From Aliivibrio fischeri ES114 (GTDB taxonomy: Bacteria > Pseudomonadota > Gammaproteobacteria > Enterobacterales > Vibrionaceae): a stretch of 32,000 nt of DNA. The stretch lies in assembly GCF_000011805.1 (NCBI RefSeq), contig NC_006841.2, one strand, 5' to 3'. The notes below the pieces were generated by a model, which saw only the letters and a list, made by a program, of their open reading frames with translations, was not told the DNA's origin and ran no database searches. Position numbers and translations under genes: made by a program. Shown here piece after piece: positions 27,854 through 32,000 of this stretch (position 1 is the stretch's first letter; each line of letters starts with the position of its first letter).

Positions 27854-28963
27854 ATGACGAGTGTCACTTTACGCAACGTTTGCAAATCCTACGGCGACGT
27901 TAAGATCTCGAAAAATGTAGACTTAGATATCAACTCTGGTGAGTTTGTTGTATTTGTTGGCCCATCTGGCTGTGGTAAATCTACATTATTACGCTGTATT
28001 GCAGGCTTAGAAGACATTACCTCAGGCGATCTATACATGGGTGATAAACGCATGAATGATGTTGAACCGTCTAAACGAGGTGTCGGCATGGTCTTCCAGT
28101 CTTATGCTCTATATCCTCACCTTAACCTATTCGATAACATGTCTTTTGGCCTTAAATTGGCAAAAGCGGATAAAAATGAAATCAAAAAACGTGTTGATCA
28201 TGCAGCCGATATTCTGCAACTAGGTCACTTATTAGAACGCCAACCAAAAGCGTTATCAGGTGGTCAACGTCAACGTGTTGCCATTGGACGTACTTTGGTT
28301 TCTCAACCTGATGTGTTCCTTTTAGATGAGCCTTTATCCAACCTTGATGCGGCACTACGTGTTCAAATGCGTATTGAAATTGCAAAACTGCATAAGAAGC
28401 TAGGCTGCACCATGATCTACGTAACTCATGATCAGGTTGAAGCAATGACAATGGCAGAGAAAATTGTCGTATTAGATGGTGGTTATGTATCACAAGTTGG
28501 TGCGCCTCTTGAGCTATACCACTACCCGAAAAACCGTTTTGTTGCTGGCTTTATTGGCTCTCCAAAAATGAATTTTGTTAGCGTCTTTATTGAAGAAGTT
28601 GAGAAGAGTCAGGTTAAAGTTCAATTCAAAAATGGAGCTTCATTCTGGATCCCAGTGGATGGTTCAAACGTAAAACGTGGCGAACGTATGTCTTTAGGTA
28701 TTCGTCCTGAGCATTTAGTCCCTGCTGAAAATGGCGATGCAGTTATCGATGGTGATATTTTAGTCGTCGAAAAATTGGGATATGAAACACAAATCTACTT
28801 AACAATAGAAGATGGTGATGCGGATATGATATACCGTGTTCCTGATACTGCTCTAGTAAAAGCGGGAGAACGGTTCTCCGTTGGTATACCAGCCCATCGT
28901 TGCCATTTATTCCATAACGATGGAAAAGCATGCCAAAGACTCTATAAAGAAGCTGGCGTATAA
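27854..28963 (+). CDS. malK: Maltose/maltodextrin ABC transporter ATP-binding protein MalK
   Basis: Walker [10 protein letters not shown], signature [15 protein letters not shown], Walker [14 protein letters not shown]-terminal regulatory domain ([11 protein letters not shown]). The track ORF starts at 27839; ATG at 27854 ([16 protein letters not shown]) matches the MalK N-terminus better. Confidence 0.96.
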   Translation: MTSVTLRNVCKSYGDVKISKNVDLDINSGEFVVFVGPSGCGKSTLLRCIAGLEDITSGDLYMGDKRMNDVEPSKRGVGMVFQSYALYPHLNLFDNMSFGLKLAKADKNEIKKRVDHAADILQLGHLLERQPKALSGGQRQRVAIGRTLVSQPDVFLLDEPLSNLDAALRVQMRIEIAKLHKKLGCTMIYVTHDQVEAMTMAEKIVVLDGGYVSQVGAPLELYHYPKNRFVAGFIGSPKMNFVSVFIEEVEKSQVKVQFKNGASFWIPVDGSNVKRGERMSLGIRPEHLVPAENGDAVIDGDILVVEKLGYETQIYLTIEDGDADMIYRVPDTALVKAGERFSVGIPAHRCHLFHNDGKACQRLYKEAGV

Positions 28964-28984
28964 CAAAAACAAAAAATAAAAAAG

Positions 28985-29005
28985 AGCCCAACAATGTATT
29001 GGGCT
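28985..29005 (+). terminator. malK terminator
   Basis: AGCCCAA-caatgta-TTGGGCT followed by TTTG TTG TTTT. Confidence 0.8.
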
Positions 29006-29075
29006 TTTGTTGTTTTATGCCAATACTATGCTTAATAAACTAATAGTAAATTGGTGTTAGTATGAGAGGAATATT

Positions 29076-31031
29076 GTGAACACACATCAAGCTTTTCCCT
29101 TCCCTTTAGGGGCGACATTAACTAATACTGGATGCAATTTTGCTGTTCATCATGATTCAGCATTCCCTTTATCTCTTATTATCTTCAAAGAAGATGGTAG
29201 CTATACCGAACACTCCTTTACTGAAGAGTACGGCACAATAAAATACACACACCTTACAGGGATAAAAGAAGGTGCCGTGTATGGTTTCAAAATCATTAAG
29301 AATGAAGAAGATCTTTTATTGCTTGATCCTTACGCTAAAGCTTTAAAAAACATTCCCAATTACCAAGTTCCATATACAGCAAAGCAAAGTTGGTCCCTAG
29401 CACAAGCCATCGTTGTTAACGACAATTTTGATTGGCAAAGTACCACTATGCCAATAATTCCTCGCTCTGAAACCATTTTACTGGAAACCCATGTGAAGGG
29501 ATTTACGCTTTTAAACCCTAATATCGACGAAAATGTTCGTGGTACATACCTAGGTTTGGTAGATCCAGCAACGATTGCCCATATAAAAGAGCAAGGGATT
29601 ACGAGTATTCAACTTCTCCCTATTGCTGCTTGTATGCATGAACCACACCTACTTGAAATGGGTATGGTGAATTATTGGGGTTATAACTCCCTTTCTTTTA
29701 TGGCTCCAGACCCTCGATATGCGATTAGTGATGCGGTTACTGAATTAAAAACAGCCATTAGAGAGCTGCATAAAAACAACATCGAAGTCATTTTAGATGT
29801 GGTATATAACCATACGGCTGAAGGTGGAAATGGAGGCTGTACTTTTAATTTAAAAGGCCTAGATCAAGATTATTATTTACATCACAATGGTAATTACACC
29901 AACTATACAGGCTGCGGGAATACCTTAGATATCACGCACCAGCCTAGCCTTAATTTAGTGATGGACACATTAAGATATTGGGTTGAGCATTATCATATAG
30001 ATGGGTTTAGATTTGATTTGGCTGCAACGCTAGGTCGTGAATATGACCAATTTAACCCTAACAATGCTTTTTTTAAAGCCATCGCTCAAGATCCTATCCT
30101 AAAGAATACAAAATTGATTGCTGAGCCTTGGGATATTGGCCCTAATGGTTATCAAGTGGGTGAATTTCCAGATGGTTGGAATGAGTGTAGTGATAAATAC
30201 AGAGACACAACAAAAAGCTTTTGGCGTGGTGAACAAAACTACTTAAAATCCATTGCTACACGTTTGATGGGCTCTCGTGATCTTGTTAGTGCTTCTCGTT
30301 GGCCTCACAAATTACCCGTTAACTACGTGAGTTATCATGATGGATTTACCCTCCAAGATTTAGTTAGCTACAAAAATCGTCATAATCATGCTAATGGTGA
30401 AAATAATCGTGATGGTCATGGCGATAACCGCTCCGATAACTACGGTGTAGAAGGGCCAACAGACAACCCTAGAATCATTGCGTTACGTGAAAAACAGAAG
30501 CGTAATATGATGACTACTCTATTATTTAGTTTTGGAATACCACATCTTCTAGCTGCAGATGCATGCTCGCATACGCAACAGGGTAATAATAATGCTTATT
30601 GCCAAGACAGTGAAATTAGCTGGGTTAATTGGAATTTAGATCCAACTGCGCAAGAATTTAAGATCTGGCTTTCAGATATGATTCATGCAAGACAGAAACA
30701 TATTGTCCCAATCATTAATGCTTTTAGTGGTTCAAAAAGAAGCCATCAAAAAGTCGAGTGGTATACACCTGATGGACGAACCATGACACATAACGATTGG
30801 CATGGAGCAAAATCACTGTGCTTACATTTGAATATTTACGATGGTGAAAAAGAGTTGTTAATTATGATTAATCAATCAAACATACCGACTCGATTTGTTC
30901 TCCCTAAACTGACTAAACAAGCGAACTGGTCTTTAGTCTGTGATACTCAATATTCCAAAGTAAAACCAAAACCGATTGTTTTTGATTACAGCTTATCTCC
31001 TCTTTCTATCGCTGTATTCTGCAACAAATGA
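29076..31031 (+). CDS. GlgX/isoamylase-type glycogen debranching or maltodextrin-acting alpha-amylase family (GH13) enzyme
   Basis: 651 aa, GTG start; NYWGYNSLSFMAPDPRYA, VILDVVYNHTAEGG, IDGFRFDLAATLGRE, LIAEPWDIGPNGYQVGEFP, VNYVSYHDGFTLQDLVSY. N-terminal CBM48-like region (FPFPLGATLTNTGCNFAVHH). Confidence 0.88.
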   Translation: MNTHQAFPFPLGATLTNTGCNFAVHHDSAFPLSLIIFKEDGSYTEHSFTEEYGTIKYTHLTGIKEGAVYGFKIIKNEEDLLLLDPYAKALKNIPNYQVPYTAKQSWSLAQAIVVNDNFDWQSTTMPIIPRSETILLETHVKGFTLLNPNIDENVRGTYLGLVDPATIAHIKEQGITSIQLLPIAACMHEPHLLEMGMVNYWGYNSLSFMAPDPRYAISDAVTELKTAIRELHKNNIEVILDVVYNHTAEGGNGGCTFNLKGLDQDYYLHHNGNYTNYTGCGNTLDITHQPSLNLVMDTLRYWVEHYHIDGFRFDLAATLGREYDQFNPNNAFFKAIAQDPILKNTKLIAEPWDIGPNGYQVGEFPDGWNECSDKYRDTTKSFWRGEQNYLKSIATRLMGSRDLVSASRWPHKLPVNYVSYHDGFTLQDLVSYKNRHNHANGENNRDGHGDNRSDNYGVEGPTDNPRIIALREKQKRNMMTTLLFSFGIPHLLAADACSHTQQGNNNAYCQDSEISWVNWNLDPTAQEFKIWLSDMIHARQKHIVPIINAFSGSKRSHQKVEWYTPDGRTMTHNDWHGAKSLCLHLNIYDGEKELLIMINQSNIPTRFVLPKLTKQANWSLVCDTQYSKVKPKPIVFDYSLSPLSIAVFCNK

Positions 31032-31067
31032 AACAAGTAAGCTAAGAATCATACAAGGTATATAATA

Positions 31068-31097
31068 AAAAAGGAGGCTAATAATAGCCTCCTTTTT
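31068..31097 (+). terminator. Terminator downstream of the GlgX-like gene
   Basis: AAAAAGGAGGCTA-ataa-TAGCCTCCTTTTT, 13-bp perfect stem. Confidence 0.85.
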
Positions 31098-31390
31098 AGT
31101 AACTAAGCTGAAATTAATCGTCTTGCTTAACCTCAGATTTTACACGTCCTTTGTGATATGTCCTATACGCTAAAACCGTCAGCGTAATTATTAATTTGGA
31201 TGTCATCCAGATCATATACGAACAATCTACCTTTATTCAAAATGGTGTGTAAAAGAGAAAGTCTCTTGTTCTTAGTCGCCCCAATGTCATGAAACAGTCA
31301 GAATTATATCAAAATACACCATTCCTGTCACACTGTTACACATAAAAATAACAATGCGTACATTTTTCTATAAAGGTATCGCTTTTACTG

Positions 31391-32000
31391 CTAGATAATT
31401 TCAGCCAAACGATCTTGCACCACGCCCACAATCAAGTCTGGTTGGAACTTTGAAATAAAGCGATTACAACCGACCTTTTGAACCATTGCATCATTGAAAC
31501 TGCCACTTAATGACGTGTTCAATGTGATGAATAAATCATTCATACGATGATCATTTCGCACTTCATGAGTTAATCGATAACCATCCATCTCTGGCATTTC
31601 GGCATCAGTGATCATCAATAATATTTCATCATTAACGTTTTTGCCTTCATCACACCAACTTTTCAATAGATCTAAAGCTTGGCGACCATCACTTCTTTCT
31701 ATCACTTCAAGTCCTAATTGTTGTAATGTATTTCGAACTTGAGCTCTAGCAGTACTTGAATCATCAACAATAAGTACTTTTCTGCCATGCATGTGAACAG
31801 CTAGCCGTTCATCTAACACACCTTCTGAAATGGTAATGTCATAATCAATAATGTCCGCCAATACTTTTTCGACATCGATAATCTCAACAATACGTGTTGT
31901 ATTTGGTTCAACTTCAACTTGAGTAAGCGCAGTTAAAAAATTATTACGACCTACGGTTTTTGGTGGTGGTTGAATGTCTGCCCACGTTGTATTAATAATG
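31391..32000 (-). CDS. cheV: CheV-type chemotaxis protein, C-terminal part of CheW domain plus receiver domain (runs off the window)
   Basis: The frame stays open to the window edge (minus strand IINTTWADIQPPPKTVGRNNFLTALTQVEVEPNTTRIVEIIDVEKVLADIIDYDI...), then REC domain (KVLIVDDSSTARAQVRNTLQQLG...LMITDAEMPEMDGYRLTHEVR). The track start at 31861 is an internal TTG. Confidence 0.85.
   Translation of the reverse strand, partial: IINTTWADIQPPPKTVGRNNFLTALTQVEVEPNTTRIVEIIDVEKVLADIIDYDITISEGVLDERLAVHMHGRKVLIVDDSSTARAQVRNTLQQLGLEVIERSDGRQALDLLKSWCDEGKNVNDEILLMITDAEMPEMDGYRLTHEVRNDHRMNDLFITLNTSLSGSFNDAMVQKVGCNRFISKFQPDLIVGVVQDRLAEII

Noticed and set aside
27889-28994. Minus-strand ORFs over malK
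   Set aside because: Antisense to malK; composition reflects reverse complement of conserved motifs.
1-32000. CRISPR array, tRNA/rRNA, toxin-antitoxin or phage defence genes
   Set aside because: Looked for but no regularly spaced repeats, cloverleaf-like stretches or recognisable defence domains were seen.

Overview
AT-rich gammaproteobacterial chromosomal segment with gene content typical of Vibrionaceae; an Aliivibrio/Vibrio fischeri-like origin is inferred, not tested. From left to right it holds: (1) a TonB2-type energy transduction cluster (TPR protein, TonB, ExbD, ExbB, TtpC-like long ExbB/MotA-family protein, DUF3450-like protein) directly followed by a hydroxamate-type siderophore uptake system (double-length FhuB, FhuD, FhuC, TonB-dependent receptor) with a Fur-like operator and an AraC regulator, all on the minus strand; (2) a glucose/maltose-type PTS EIICB and a YbiT-like ABC-F ATPase; (3) an accessory-looking stretch with a small unknown protein, a glyoxalase/VOC protein, a CatB-like acetyltransferase, a LysR regulator, and an alpha/beta hydrolase plus divergent LysR pair; (4) ackA; (5) a REC-CheC fusion protein overlapping a PAS-GGDEF diguanylate cyclase; (6) malG/malF/malE divergent from malK, a GlgX-like debranching enzyme, and the 3' part of cheV. 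No rRNA, tRNA, CRISPR array, transposase or obvious defence system was recognised. The most unusual point is a second, truncated copy of the ackA 3' end plus terminator at 17.70-17.81 kb. It is in the same orientation as the real one at 19.88-19.99 kb, differs only synonymously in its coding part, and brackets the hydrolase/LysR pair. Most of the window is ordinary core/shell genome content, and I do not see strong evidence for a wholly new system.
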